A stretch of 64,000 nt of DNA from positions 6,944,001 through 7,008,000 of the forward strand of contig OX597832.1 in NCBI GenBank assembly GCA_951406725.2, in the 5' to 3' direction. This document shows, in pieces, positions 22,001-36,800 of this stretch (its first letter is position 1; each line of letters begins with the position of its first letter). The notes beneath the pieces are model-generated. The model was not told where the DNA came from and searched no databases. It saw only the letters and a program-made list of their open reading frames with translations. Position numbers and translations under genes: made by a program. This stretch comes from Octopus vulgaris. Its lineage: Eukaryota.

Positions 22001-25000
22001 GATTCCGGTTGATCCGAATCAACGGAACAGCCTGCTCGTGAAATTAACGTGTAAGTGGCTGAGCACTCCACTGACACGTGCACCCGTAACATAGTTCTCG
22101 GGGATATTCAGCGTGACACAGAGAGTGATAAGGCCGGTCCCTTGAAATACAGGTAGAACAGAAACAAGAAGTAAGAGTGAGAGAAAGTTGTGGTGAAAGA
22201 GTACAGCAGGGATCACCACTATCCCCTGCCGGAGCACGTGGAGCTTTTAGGTGTTTTCGCTCAATAAACACTCACAACGCCCGGTCTGGAAATCGAAACT
22301 GCAATCCTATGACCGCGAGTCTGCTGCCCTAACTACTGGGCCATTGCGCCTCCACTCATAGAGTATACATAAACTGTAATTCAGTTAATTGTAAATGCTA
22401 ATTTTAAAAGATGTGTAACTTCTTTGCAAATATATTTATGAGACTCAAAGTTCAGTTAAAATGTTTAATAACTTACCACTGTCAGTTGGTACATATGGCA
22501 TCAATGGCTGTTGACTATAAAGGTTGGCAGCTTGTAAATTATACAGCTGTAATAATGAAAGAAGAAAAAAAAATATACACTGAAGGAATGTGAAATAAAA
22601 TCAGTTACAAAAAATTCTCACAAAAAATAAAAAAATAAAAAAAGGCAAAGGTGTGACTGCATGGTAAGAAGTTTGATTTCCAATCACATGGTCCTGGGTT
22701 CAATCCTATTGTGTAACATCTTAGGCAAGTGTCATCTAGTACAGCCCTGGGCCATCCAAAGCCTTGTGTGTGTGTGTACGGGGGGGGCTTGCGTTTGTGT
22801 TTGTCTCCCACCATTGCTTGACAACCAGTGTTGGTTTGTTTACACCCTTGTAACTTAGCAGTTTGGGAAAAGGGGTCGATAGAATAAGTACTAGGCTTAA
22901 AAAAAAAAAAGACAGTAAGTACTGGGTTGATTCATTGTTGAACTGCTCATTACATGCTTTAGAGCTACAGTTAAGAAATTTCAGTCATTCAGTTCTGGGT
23001 TCAATCCTACTGCATGGCACCATTTACCATATACTTGGGTCAACCAAATCTTTGTGAGTGAAATTGTAAAGAAGCCTGCAGGACTATATCTGTTCTTAGG
23101 TGAAGACTGTTAGCAGAGAATGTGTAGTTGCAAATAATCAGACAATAATGGTTGGAGAACTTCTCCACTTCCTCCAAATAATCTAGGTGGCCCAGCCCTT
23201 TCTCTTCTGACTAATAACAACTAAGCCTCTATAAAAAACAAAGAAAAAGAAAAACAATCAGGGTCAAGTTAGCCAACTAGTTTCACATTTGAATAGTAAC
23301 AGCAGATTGTAATAGTATTTCAGATTTCCAGTACTTGTACAAAGCTGTAGATTTTTATAAAAGGGAACTATTTATTCAATGTTGATATCTTCTTTGGGTA
23401 CATGGCTACAAATTAATATGGGAAGGAAATAAGTAAGACTGGAAGATGTTCATGTTATTTTTAAAAACCTCAACATGACTGAAGTACATTGACTTCAACA
23501 ATGAAATGAATCTACCTTGCAGATTTGGTTTGCAAGAAATTCACCTGTTGCTGTATAATTCAAACCAATGAATCATTGTATGCTGTTTTGAAAACTGAAG
23601 GGAAAAGTAGCTTTCCTATTTTTGCTGGAAAAGGACTGCTAATGTCTTTGTACTACCAGGTAAGAAACATTATTCTACTTACAGTAATGAAATACAGATA
23701 ATAACCACTCTCTATTTAATAGAATTATGTTTAAGAAAATTATTCTGTTTTTATTCTTTTACTCGTTTCAGTCATCTGACTGCGGCCATGCTGGAGCACT
23801 GCCTTTAGTCGAGCAAATCGACCCCAGGACTTATTCTTTGGTCGGCCCGAGGCTATAGTAGAAGACACTTGCCTGAGGTGCCACGCAGTCGGACTGAACC
23901 GGGAACATGTGGTTGGTGAGCAAGCTACTTACCACACAGTCACTCCTACGCCTATCTTAAGATAAAATACTTATCTGAATTCATATGTGGCTTAAACAAT
24001 GTTAGCATAGAAAAAAGAAAACCTCATCAAAATATATTTAAAAAAATATAAATAATGTATTACAGCAAACACTATGATATAGGTTTCAAATTTTGGCACA
24101 AGGCCAGCAATTTCAGGGGAGGAGGTAAGTTGACTACATTGACCCCAATGCTCAGCTGGCAGAAACGTTAGCACGCCAGGCAAAATGCTTCGTGGTATGT
24201 CGTCTGTCGTAATGTTGTGAGTTCAAATTCCGCCGAGGTCGACTTTGCCTTTCATCCTTCCAGGGTCGATAAATTAAGTACCAGTTACGCACTGGGGTTG
24301 ATATAATCGACTTAATCCGTTTGTCTGTCCTTGTTTGTCCCCTCTGTGTTTAGCCCCTTGTGGGTAATAAAGAAATAGGTACTTACGTTATCAGTCCCCA
24401 AAAAATAAAAGGCAAAGTTGACCTCAGTGGAATTTGAACTCAGAACGTAAAGACGGAAGAAACGCCACTAAGCATTTTGCCTGGTGTGCCAATAAATCTG
24501 CCAGCTCACCACTTTAGCAAAAGCTATAATATTAAATTAGCAGAAAAAAAGTTTACCTTATCAGTACGTATATGTATATGGTCAGCCAACCAATGATTTG
24601 TAGGGCAGAATTGACGTCGGGTATCCCTTGAATGTAACTGCTTTACTAGTGTAGAGATTGACTGAAAAGAAAGAAAAGAAATAACAAATAGCTGTCATAT
24701 AAGTTCAACATAAAAGAAGAAAAACATGACCAAAATTAGCATTAAAGGTACTGATGACCAAAAAAAACTTCTTTTTTTCTAGTATATGCAATCGAGACAA
24801 TATTAACCCTCTTGGGACACTCAGGCTGATTGATTGGCCCAAGTGATACAAGCTGAAAGGACTTAAGAGGCCGGTCCATTGGCCCAATGGAACAAATGTT
24901 GTGAATGGTTGGTTTTGAAGTGTAATGGCTAATCAGAGATCCTCTTTCAGTAGATGTATCTCAACAGAAAAAAATTTTGGTCTTTTTGACTACATATACC

Positions 25001-27651
25001 AAAACACTGTGTGTCTCAATAGGTTAAATTAAAACATAACTATTTATATATTCTCTCTTTTACTTGTTTCAGTCATTTGACTGCGGCCATGCTGGAGCAC
25101 CGCCTTTAGTCGAGCAAATTGACCCCGGGACTTATTCTTTGTAAGCCCAGTACTTATTCTATCGGTCTCTTTTGCTGAACCGCTAAGTGACGGGGACGTA
25201 AACACACCAGCATCGGTTGTCAAGCAATGCTAGGGGGACAAACACAGACACACAAACACATACACACACACACATATATACATACATACATATATACAAC
25301 GGGCTTCTTTTAGTTTCTGTCTACCAAATCCACTCACAAGGCATTGATCGGCCCGGGGCTATAGCAGAAGACACTTGCCCAAGATGCCACGCAGTGGGAC
25401 TGAACTCAGAACCATGTGGTTGGTTAGCAAGCTACTTACCACACAGCCACCCCTGTGTATTACAGCAAACACTATAATATACTTAATGTATATACATTGT
25501 TGAAGGCCAGTTACTGCAGTATTTGATTTGAGATAGTATCACTTATGGACTTGCTAAAACCCAATAAATATGAGAGAAAGAGAGAGGAGAGAAAATTCAT
25601 TCTAGTAGTGGCCAGCAAGAGCACCAGATGCATTTTGGCATTTTTTATGTCTTTTCAATGGTGTGTACTTGTAAGCCAGCTACATGCTTTAATGAGAAGT
25701 GATTAAAACATTCACTGATGTTGCAAAAAGCCACCCAGCTTATCAAAAATTTGGTATATACAATTGAGGAAGCATTTATTTAACTAGCCATATATATAGT
25801 ATACTAAATGTATAGACACTGTTAGAGGCCAATTACAGCAGTATTTATCCTGAGATAGTACTTTTTATGGACTTGCAAGTCCATGAGTCCATAAGAGATA
25901 CAATCCCAGATCAGTAAAGATCCCTTTCAGTCATGAATGACCATGAGATTGCACCTAGAAAGTCCCCCTCTCAGGCACAATTCCAGGCAAGGTTGTTTAT
26001 GGAAGAACAGCAGTTGCCCATGCATACCAGCCTCCCGTCTCCAGGCCGCTGATGTTATCCAAAGGAAAGGAAAAGGCCGATACAGCTTGGCACCAGTGAC
26101 ATTGCAACTCATTTCTACAGATGAGTGAACTGGAGCAACATCAAATAAAATGTCTTGCTCAAGAACACAACACACAGCCCAGTCTGGGAATTGAACTCAC
26201 AACCTCATGATCATAAGCTCGATGCTCAAACCACTGAGCCATGCACCTTCACTTTGCTATCCCACATCAAATACTGCAATAACTGCCCTAATGACTGGGT
26301 ATATATTAAGTGTGCTATAAATATTGGCTATTTATTTTTTTGGAAAAGTAAGCAACATATGAAATCTTTAAATGATAAACCATGTAACTAGTACCTGTGC
26401 TGGTGGCATATAACTAGTATTCATGTCAGTGGCATGTAAAAAGCACCTTTTGAGTGTTAGGCCTCATGGAGGCAATGACAAATGACTGAGACCTTTGGCA
26501 ATATGCTGTGCTTGAAAAGAAGACCCATCAAGCCAAGTGAAATCATGGTGATGGCAGATACTGGTGTCATGCAACTGGCACCGATGTTGATGGCATGTAA
26601 AAGCACCCATTACACTCTCAGAGGTGGCTGGTGTTAGGAAGGGCATCCAGCCGTAATAACCATGTCAAATCAGACTGGGGTCTGGTGCAGTTCCCAAGCT
26701 GCCAACTCTGGTCAAACTGTTCAACTCATGCCAGCATGGACAACAGATGTTAAATGATGTTGATGATGATGATAAACCTATTTTAAAAGCAAAGAGTTTT
26801 TTTTTACTCCACTACCTTGTTGACTCAAGGTATTTGTGTTCAAAGTAATAGCTGACCATGCATAATAAGAAATTAATCTCTTAGGGATGAAAAAAAAGTA
26901 CTGAAATCTTACTTTAAATAAATGCCGCCAGAGTTGAGTTCGAAGTAAATTCTCTTCTTTAGCAACTTGAATACCGGTTTTACTAAATGCTTGTTGATAA
27001 TCTTTATTTAAAAACACTTTTGATTCTGGGCTTGCAAGTTCAATAATTCCTAAACATATATCACGCAAAGTTAAACTCATTGGCACAAGTTCATTGAGAG
27101 AAAAAGGCATACTGGTAGATTTTTTTACATGTCCATCCTTGAATTCCCCTGAAATAGAAAAATATGTTTTGCTAAAAACAAAAAGGACTAAAAAAGATTT
27201 TAGTTAACAAAATATCTTCTAATTTGTATTGTAGTTAGAATAACAATAGACTGATAATAAGAATATTCACAAATATTGCTAAGTTATGGAGAAAACTGAT
27301 ACAACAATAAAACTCTTCAAAACTATTAAATCAAATTCTCTTATGGTGAAAAGAATTATCTGATATGAAATGAAAGACAAACAATAATAAAATAAATTTT
27401 TAAATACTTAATAAAGATAACATTGCATCAAACAAATAAGTAAGTACACACATGCATGACAAGTATAAAGGCACCCATGATAGTGACATGTACAAGACCC
27501 CCACTTCACTCTTGGAGTAGTTGGCATTAGAAAGGGCGTCCAGCCACAGAAACCAAGCCAACTGAGATTGGAGCCTGGTACAGCTCTCTACCTTATCAGT
27601 TCCAGTGAAACTGTCTAACCCATGCTAGTATGGAAAACTGATACTAAATGA

Positions 27652-27690
<39 letters not shown>

Positions 27691-27929
27691 GATATGCATG
27701 TACGTACATACGTACATTCATACATACATACATATGGATAATAATAATATTATAGTGAGCAGTTATTCTTGAATCATGTTAATGCAATATTGTGTATAAT
27801 ATATAAAATGTCCTGCAATTAACAGTGGATAATGATGCATTGAAACAAATGTGGTGATTTGTAATAAAGCCTGTTCAACCCATCTTTCATATTAACATTT
27901 CTTTTATACTTACTTACATACAGACACAT

Positions 27930-27975
<46 letters not shown>

Positions 27976-28124
27976 TATAAATATAAATTAATAATTTTAA
28001 ATAATTTAAATTTTGAATTTTATATATTTTGTATATTATATCAATTAATTATATTTCTATGTTTTGGTTTATGCTTTTCACTGTATGATTTGCCTAATAG
28101 TGGTTTTATCTCTAATTTAATTTA

Positions 28125-28179
<55 letters not shown>

Positions 28180-30887
28180 GAGAGAGAGAGAGAGAGAAAG
28201 GATGCTGAAAAGTTCCTGACTTTAAGGGTATTGTCAAAGGCCTGGTTGGAGGCCCAACCTTCTAAGTTCTTTTACACCATCATTATTGGCATGGGTTGGA
28301 TGGTAAGCCAGGGGAGTGGGGAACACCAGGTTCTGGTCTGATTTGGCAAGGTTTACGCAGCTCGATGCCCTTAATAACTCCAACCACTCGGTGGGTGGTT
28401 TTTACATGCCACTGGCACAGGTGCCATTAACTTGATGCTGGCATCGGCGATGACAACAGTCTCACTTAGCTTGACAGGTCTACACAAGCACGGTATATCT
28501 TTTCTACTCTAGGCACAAGCCCTGATATTTTGGGGGGGAGGGCAGTTGAGTAGACTGACCCCAGTACACAACCGGTACTTAATTTAACAACCCCAAAAGC
28601 AAGGTCTTGGTCATCTGTCTCTGCCTCCATGAGGCCCAATGTTCGAATGGTGCTATTTACATTCCACTGGCATGGGTCAACCATGACTATGATTTTACAG
28701 GTCTTAGAAAAACTGAAGAATCACTGCAATAAGTGTGTCAATCTGAAAAGGGAACATATTGAATAAAATCATAATTAACTGGTCTTCCTGTATTTTCTTT
28801 TACCCAAAGCCAAGAATATTTCAGCCACACCCACGTGTATATATATATATATGGGTGGCATGTAAAAACACCCAGCACACACTCACACTCTGTAAAGTGG
28901 TTGGCATTAGGAAGGGCATCCAGCTACAGAAACTAAGCCAAATCAGACTGGATCCTGGTGCAGCTTCCCAGTTGCTAGCTCTGATCAAACTGTCCAACCC
29001 ATGCCAGTATGTGTGTGTGTATATACACACACACACACGCACACACACACACACACATATGTACAAATTGAGAATTGAAAAAATCTCAATAGTTTAATAT
29101 CATTATATTATATGAAGAATATAATATACAAAATTTAAAAAAGATTATACAAAAAAACAAAATTTAAAAAAAATTATTTGCATAACATTTTAAACTTAAA
29201 AACATTAAAAGCAAACATCTGAAATATTACCTTCACTGTCTCCATAAAACTCTGCATCATGTAGTGTGTGGAGAGAATGGCTGAATGCAGCACAAAACAC
29301 AGATAGCAAAGGAACAATAACTTGAATATCACTTTCAGCCAACGATTGACCACGGGCTAGTATTTGGATGAGAGATGTTTTTGTTCTGAAAATAAGTATG
29401 AAAACTTAAGCAGATAGAATCAAGTACACAGTCTGGGAGTGCAATACAATGTCTTCAGTAGAACATAAGCTGACACCAATTACTATGAAATCTGGTACCA
29501 TATCAGCTGAGCCATTATTTTAGGTTATTGCAGTAATAATTAGATTCTAACCTTTAAGCAAAACAAAATGCTTTTAGCTTGTAGAAGAAACTATAGTGAA
29601 AAACTTTCTATGAAATGAAACCTTGAAAAACCATTTTCAGTGTTGAATACAAAAATTTCTTTTTGCAAATGTTTAATTTAAAGTTTCATTTAAATTTTAG
29701 TTTAAATAAAAATAAAATAATGCCCTGATACAGTACCAGGCAGTGGCTCTCATGGCTTTTGATCTTCATTGATTGGAAGAGTTATTCATGTACATTGTTT
29801 TGTCTTGGTATAAAAGATGGGCTACAACAAATATTCTGCTCAATACCACAAATTCGCTTGTCAGTTGCTTGACCATCACCAGTTGAGCATGTCCCTTAGT
29901 GACTGACGATACGTGTATCTCTGATCATGAGCAGAAGTAGTGGGGTGAGCACCATAGCTATACGTTGAGAGGAATTCTTTGGGGTTTGAATAATTCACCT
30001 TTGGAAACATGGGTGTTTTGTTCAACATCCTTAAACAACCCTTATTCAGGGACCTTTTGAGTGAGATGGGCTACTCAACATGAAGAAAATTCTAACTGGG
30101 CCCCCACCAGCAAAGTCATGCACTGTTTATCTTGATATGAGATCACCATGTTGCATACATATGGTTGTAATGTATGTACCTGGTGTACTCTTATCATGAT
30201 GGGTATACTGGGTTTCGTATATTTTACCCCGGTGTCACTTTGATGGCCTGCACTGCTCTCTCACTCAATAATAATCCTTTCTACAAGGCCTGAAATTTTT
30301 GGGGAGGGGACTAGTCGATTATATCAACCCCAGTGTTTCGATGGTACTAAATTTATCTACCCCAAAAGGATGAAAGGCAAAATTGACCTCAGCGGAATTT
30401 GAACTCAGAATGTAGCGACAGGTAAAATAATACTGCTAAACATTTAGCCCAGTGTGCTAATGATTCTGTCAGCTCGCTGCCTTATTAATATCAATAATAA
30501 TAATCCTTTCAACTAAAGGTGCAAAGCCTGAAATTTTGGGGGAGGGGACTAGTCAATTATATCAACCCCAGTGTTTCAATGGTACATAATTTATCGACCC
30601 CGAAAGGATGAAAAGCAAAGTCAACCTAGGCAGAATTTGAACTCAGATCGTAGCAACAGGCGAAATATTGCTTATGCATTTCACCCAGTGTGCTTATGAT
30701 TCTGCCAACTTGCCACCTAATTAATAATAATAATAATAAAAATAATAATAATAATAATGATAATAATAATCATACAATAACCATCAGAGCATCACAACAA
30801 ATCACAGCACATACCCAAGGCACACAGAGCTGCGCTCGGTAGTGAAGTGAAAGCACGCTATAAAAATAAAACTACTGAATAATAATG

Positions 30888-30918
<31 letters not shown>

Positions 30919-33843
30919 AGGGTTATTCTTTCTACAGGAAGCACAAAACTTGAAATGGTTGGAGGAGGGGATAGTCAACTACATCAACCCTAGTTTCAAA
31001 CTGGTACTTATTTTACCAAGTCCGAAAGGATGACAGGCAAAGTCAACCGTGGTGGAATTTGAATTTAGAATGTAAATACCACTAAGCATTTTGTTCAGCA
31101 TGATAATGATCCTGTCAGTTTATTGCCTTAATAATAATAATAATAATAATAACAAGGCTAGCAATTCTGAGGAGAGGGGGAAATAACTGACATCACCAAT
31201 ACCAGTACTTAAATGGTATTCATTCTATAAGACAGCGAGCTGGCAGAAATGTTAGCACGCCGGGCGAAATGCTTAGCGGTATTTCATCTGCGTTACGTTG
31301 TGAGTTCAAATTCCGCCGAGGTCGACTTTGCCTTTCATCCTTTCGGGGTCGATAAATTAAGTACCAGTTACGCACTGGGGTCAGTGTAATCGACTTAATA
31401 CCTATGTCTGTCCTTGTTTGTCCCCTCTGTGTTTAGCCCCTTGTGGGTAATAAAGAAATAGGTATTCATTCTATCAATCCCAAAAGGATAAAAGACGAAG
31501 ATGACTTTGGCAGGGATTGAACTCAAAATGTAAAGAGATAGAACAAATACTGCATGAAAATTTTTTCCAACATTCTAACAATTCTCCCCCCATCATTGTC
31601 ATTATCATCATGTCTGCTTTTCCATGCTTGCAAGGGTTGGATAAGTATTTCTTTAGCACAGAACATTGGCATTTGTGTAGGCTTTGATCATCTGCTTCAT
31701 GAGCTTCAGCACAATGGTTCTGAATCCTAGTCACGGCTGATGCCAGTGTTTCTTAACTGGTACATAAAAAAACTCACAACACTCTTGGAGTGGTTGGCAT
31801 TAGGAAAGGCATCCAGCTGTAGAAACCATGCCAAATCAGATTGAAACCTGGTGCAGCTTCCTAGCTTTTCAGTTTTCAGTCAAACCGTTCAACCAACGCC
31901 AGCATGGAAAACAGATGTGATGATGATGAAGTAATAGTTTGGTATCAGCAAAAGGTTGTAATCTTCAACTCCTTTTAAGAAGGGAAAACAGGCAACTTTT
32001 AGAATATTACTTCGGTTAAGTACATTTTACACTCAATGATATTAGTGTCATTTTACAACAAATCTCAACTAATTGTTTTCCTTATCAATTTCATCTCTAC
32101 TAAATAATTCCCCTTTCTTTTACTAAAAAGCACCTATTATAAAGACAGTACAAAATCTCATGTTTCAAGCATGAAACTTTTGGACTTAAGACAATAATCA
32201 GGAAATGATATTTTAAAAAATTTAAACATATAAACATGCTTAAATTAAAAAAAATATTATCACAATCTAAAAGTAGTTAAAATGTAAATAAAACAAAGAA
32301 TAAGAGATAAAACAAAATATACTTACCCACTGACTGATATAGAATATCGGCAGGCACATTCTATCCATAATCTTTCCATGAAATCAATGTTGAAAGCTAA
32401 AGTGTACAACAATCTGAAACAGAACAAGTACAATGTAATAAGGTATTGAGATTATCAAAATAAATTTTATTACAAAAAATTGTAGTAAATGTCATAGAGA
32501 TGTTTTAGCAGTACAGGAACATCTAACAGTAAAAATTAATTTAAATTTCAATCAATCAAGACCAATCCAAAAATGTAAATATATGTATTGGTTTTGTAAA
32601 ACTACACAATAGAAAGTGTACAATTCCAGAGAAAGTTTGGATAAGGGACTAAAAAATGTTTAGTGGAGCATTCAGAGTCACTTTACAAATTTGCAATTTA
32701 CTGACTAAAAACAATGAAATGTATAGTGTACTTTGCAAATTACTGTCTAAAAACAATGAAACTACAGTATAATATACTGGCAGCTATTATGTAGTTTACA
32801 CTATTGAGAAAAAATTTTTTCTGCATTAAAACATAGGCAAAAGATCTATCAAAAGTTGATGCCCGCTCCTGAATGAATATTATGACTCAACAAAAGCTTA
32901 CAGTTCATAAACAACAATTGGTACTATCTTTCCAATGGCCCAATCTACTTAGTTATAAAGTAGCCTCAAGATGGTATAGCTAATAAGACAGTAAAACGGA
33001 CAAGATTTATTTTTTTTTTATTAGCTTGTAGTACTAAGTTCAAAACATTCTATGGATATAGTCAAATGTTCAGGTCCTATAGGGTCCATGACAGGCGACT
33101 CACTTAGCTATAGTTCTGCATATGTATGCAAAAGCATTGCTCATTATAAATAATGTATAAGTTAATAGTGCTAGCCACTGCTACATTACCATTGTCATTC
33201 ACTTTTCCAAGCTTGCATGAGTCAGAGAGAATTCATTGAGACAGATTTTCTGTGGATGGATGCTACCAACTCTCATCTGTTTCTAAGCAAAGTAATAATT
33301 CCCTAGTTTACTGAATAATGAAGCAGGCTGGATGTGCTTTTGTAGTTGACTTTAAGCATACAACATTAGCTGTATTTATTAGCATGGCTGTTGTTTTGCT
33401 TATAGCCAGTGAACACATAAAGACAAGGAGAAATCACACAAACATACACGCTTATACACACACACACACACGGGCATAGCTATGTATTGTTGACCTCAAC
33501 TTCACACCAGTCACTGTCCGAAGTTAAGGCTTAGTCTTAAAATAGGTTACAATCAAGATTGTTGTTTTTGTAAGGCTCTTTGTTCAGTTTAATGGTTGTG
33601 TGTGTTATTTTTGATTATTATTTATATTAATATAGACTCTTGACGATTTTTACTATCCTGTGAGGAGAACATGGAATTACCCATCAGAATTCATGGAGTG
33701 ACTAACAACTAAATGTAGTCACAGAGGTTAGATACTGATTGTTATGGTCAGTCATTAACTGAAACTTAACCGAGGGCTAATATGGTAACTGCCCGGATAA
33801 TATATCCCTCCAAACTCATTTTTACACATACATAAGCCTGTCG

Positions 33844-33890
<47 letters not shown>

Positions 33891-36800
33891 TTGTGTGTCT
33901 GCGTTTGTCCCCCTAGCATTGCTTGACAACCGATGCTGGTGTGTTTACGTCCCCGTCACTTAGCAGTTCGGCAAAAGAGACCGATAGAATAAGTACTGGG
34001 CTTACAAAGAATAAGTCCTGGGGTCGATTTGCTTGACTAAAGGCGGTGCTCCAGCATGGCCGCAGTCAAAATGACTGAAACAAGTAAAAGAGTATATATG
34101 ACAACCCTCTTCAGTTTCAGTTTCTGTCAACCAATATCACTCACAGGTCAAACGTTAGCTCATTCATGCAGTGGGACCATCCTTCTAACCAAGTGGTTCA
34201 GGAGTGAACCTCTTAACAACACAACCATGTCATATTGATGAGAAAATTGAAAGAGATAAAAACAGTGGAAAGAAATGGGATAAATACAAAGTGTAGACAG
34301 TAGAAGGTAATTTTTTTAAAATGAATTCATTAAATATAAACCAATGATAAATAACAATGATAAATAACCAGTTGTTTGATCAACTGAACTACCCATGCAT
34401 TGAATTAACATGTAAGTGGTTGAGTATTCCACAGACATGTATACTCTTAATCTAATCCTCAAGTAGAATCAATGACATTATGAGTGACAAAGTTGACTGC
34501 AAATTACAGATACAATCTATCAGTTGAGTTTTCACACAGTTTCTGTAAACTCATTTTCACTCCAAAAGCTTAGGTCAACCCAAAACTATGGTATATGACA
34601 CTAGTCCAAGATGCCAGGCAGAGAGTTTGAACCTAGGACCTTGTGATTGTAAGACAAACTTTTCACCTTTCAGCTATGCTGCATCCATCAATCAGATATA
34701 AACTAGATACTTTCCAGGCATTTAGTAAGACCAAGAGAGTGGAAAATGAGTGAGTGAAGCAGACATTGTGTAATAAAATATAAAATATTGCTAAAATTTC
34801 CTTCCAAAAACAATTAAAAGTCATTGTGGCTATGTATCAAAAATGAAGAAACAAATGTTTCCTCATCCTTTAATATGTGAAGTAAATATTTCTCATTTAT
34901 GCAATCTAAACCCACTGACATAAAAAAAAAACAACCGCTTGCCTGTGCAGTTTAAAAGGAATAATTGGTAACTGATGTGGCACTACAGTTTTTAACTAAG
35001 AAAAAAAACCATGTAACTGACCAGACTATCAGATGTTATACATTGCTGGTCACAATGCACTTTGCATCATTTTTAGCCTTCAAATGATGCCACCCTGCTG
35101 ACTAGGTGAGCAGGCCAACATCCACCCCAACTGATCAAAAGGGGACTGAAGCAACATGAAGCAAATGAAATGAAGTGTTTTACTGCCTGATCTGGGAATT
35201 GAACTCATGGTCTAATGATTGTGAGAGCAACAACCTGACCACGAGGAGTCCAAGCACCTTCACAAACAAAAATGTACATTTAAAAAATCCCAAATTTTCA
35301 TCAACATTGATAATATTAGAAAAAATATCCACCAATATAGTTTCTTACAATTGTCAAGAAAGTGCAAAATATAAACCTAAAATTGTCAAGTTATAAATAA
35401 AAGTGAAATTATTATATTAGAAAGTTACCTTAATTTATGAACAGGGATCCGTTGCTCACACATAAGACTATGACAAATATTACATATCGCTACAAGTATA
35501 TCTGGAGTGGGAAATTCTGTGGTGCAGACAATTATACGGCGAGCAAGAGCTATTGAATCTAAATAGTGCAGGCAGGATTCCCGCAACTTTTCCTGATAAG
35601 CAAAGTCTGTCTCCTGAGAAAAGAAAAAAGAGTTGAAATTTAAAAAAAAAAATACTGATATGGTATCTTTCTTAAATAATACAAGAATAATGAATTATGT
35701 TGGGTATTAATTCATTAATTATATGAAACTGAATGCTGTATGCAAGAGTTCAACAAAACAAAAAAGTGTTTCTCTATTTGAACAATGAAAATCCAACAGA
35801 TGAAATGTTGACATATTGGCTTATGAGTTTGTATCTTTTTTTAAAAAATAATTATTCCACTTGCCTCGGTACATAATTTCCAAGAGTTGGAAGACTTAGT
35901 GAGTTGTCTACTTGCTATAATAAGCTGTTTAATGGTTTACAATTTTCAGTTTAATCTTTAAAACATATAAGCTCTATAAGAGTGTGAGAAAAATATGCAA
36001 ATTTATCATTCTGATCTGATTACTACCTGCTAATCTGTTAGAATTATGTAATATATAACTGAAATTAATATTCTAAATAACAATTAAACATTAGTTTTTA
36101 TTTCTGAGTAACATTTTTCACTTCTCTTAAGATATAGAAAATGGATTGCATGTATTTGGATGTGTGTTTTTCAGACAGTAATAGAAAGTTTTAGGAAGAA
36201 ACAGAGTAATAGTTGTGAGGCCCTCTACATTGACACTGTGGCTAGCCCTAATACCCTAATTTTCCTGTGGCCTCACTGAACTTTGCCACGAGCCCCTAGC
36301 TTGGGAAATATTGTTCTAAATAATAATCAAGCATTGGTTTTGATTTCCCTTTAAAATATTTCCCTTTTCTAGTGCTTTTTTAAACAAAGCATTAACATCA
36401 CACCATGTCATCTCTCATAATTTGTGCTATGTACGAAATCTACTTCAAATAGTTAAGAATTTTTATGTTATTTACCCAGAAGAAAAAGCAATCTTTTTTT
36501 TTTGGCAACTGCCTGAAACTTAATATTAACTTTTTTATTGACAGCAGTGAATGACAGAAATGATTGAACACAGTTATAAATATCTTACAGTACTGTTTTC
36601 TCTATTTACATTCTGAATTCAAATTCCACTGAGTTTGACTTTATCTTTCATCTTTTCAAGATAATTAAAATAAGTACCTGTAGAGTACTAATTAACAAAA
36701 GCCATCCCCCAATTTTGAGATCTTGACTACGTCAGAACTCAATATTTCCTTTCTTAAACTGATATACATTAAGCATCAATGATAATGAACATTATCATAT

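Noticed and set aside
27965-28030. AT-only imperfect palindrome
   Set aside because: Low complexity; expected by chance next to (TA)n.
33725-33775. ggtta..CTGATTG..GAAAc..taacc HHR-like string
   Set aside because: The core lacks G8/A9, there is no stem III, and stem I is not adjacent to the core; too weak to call.
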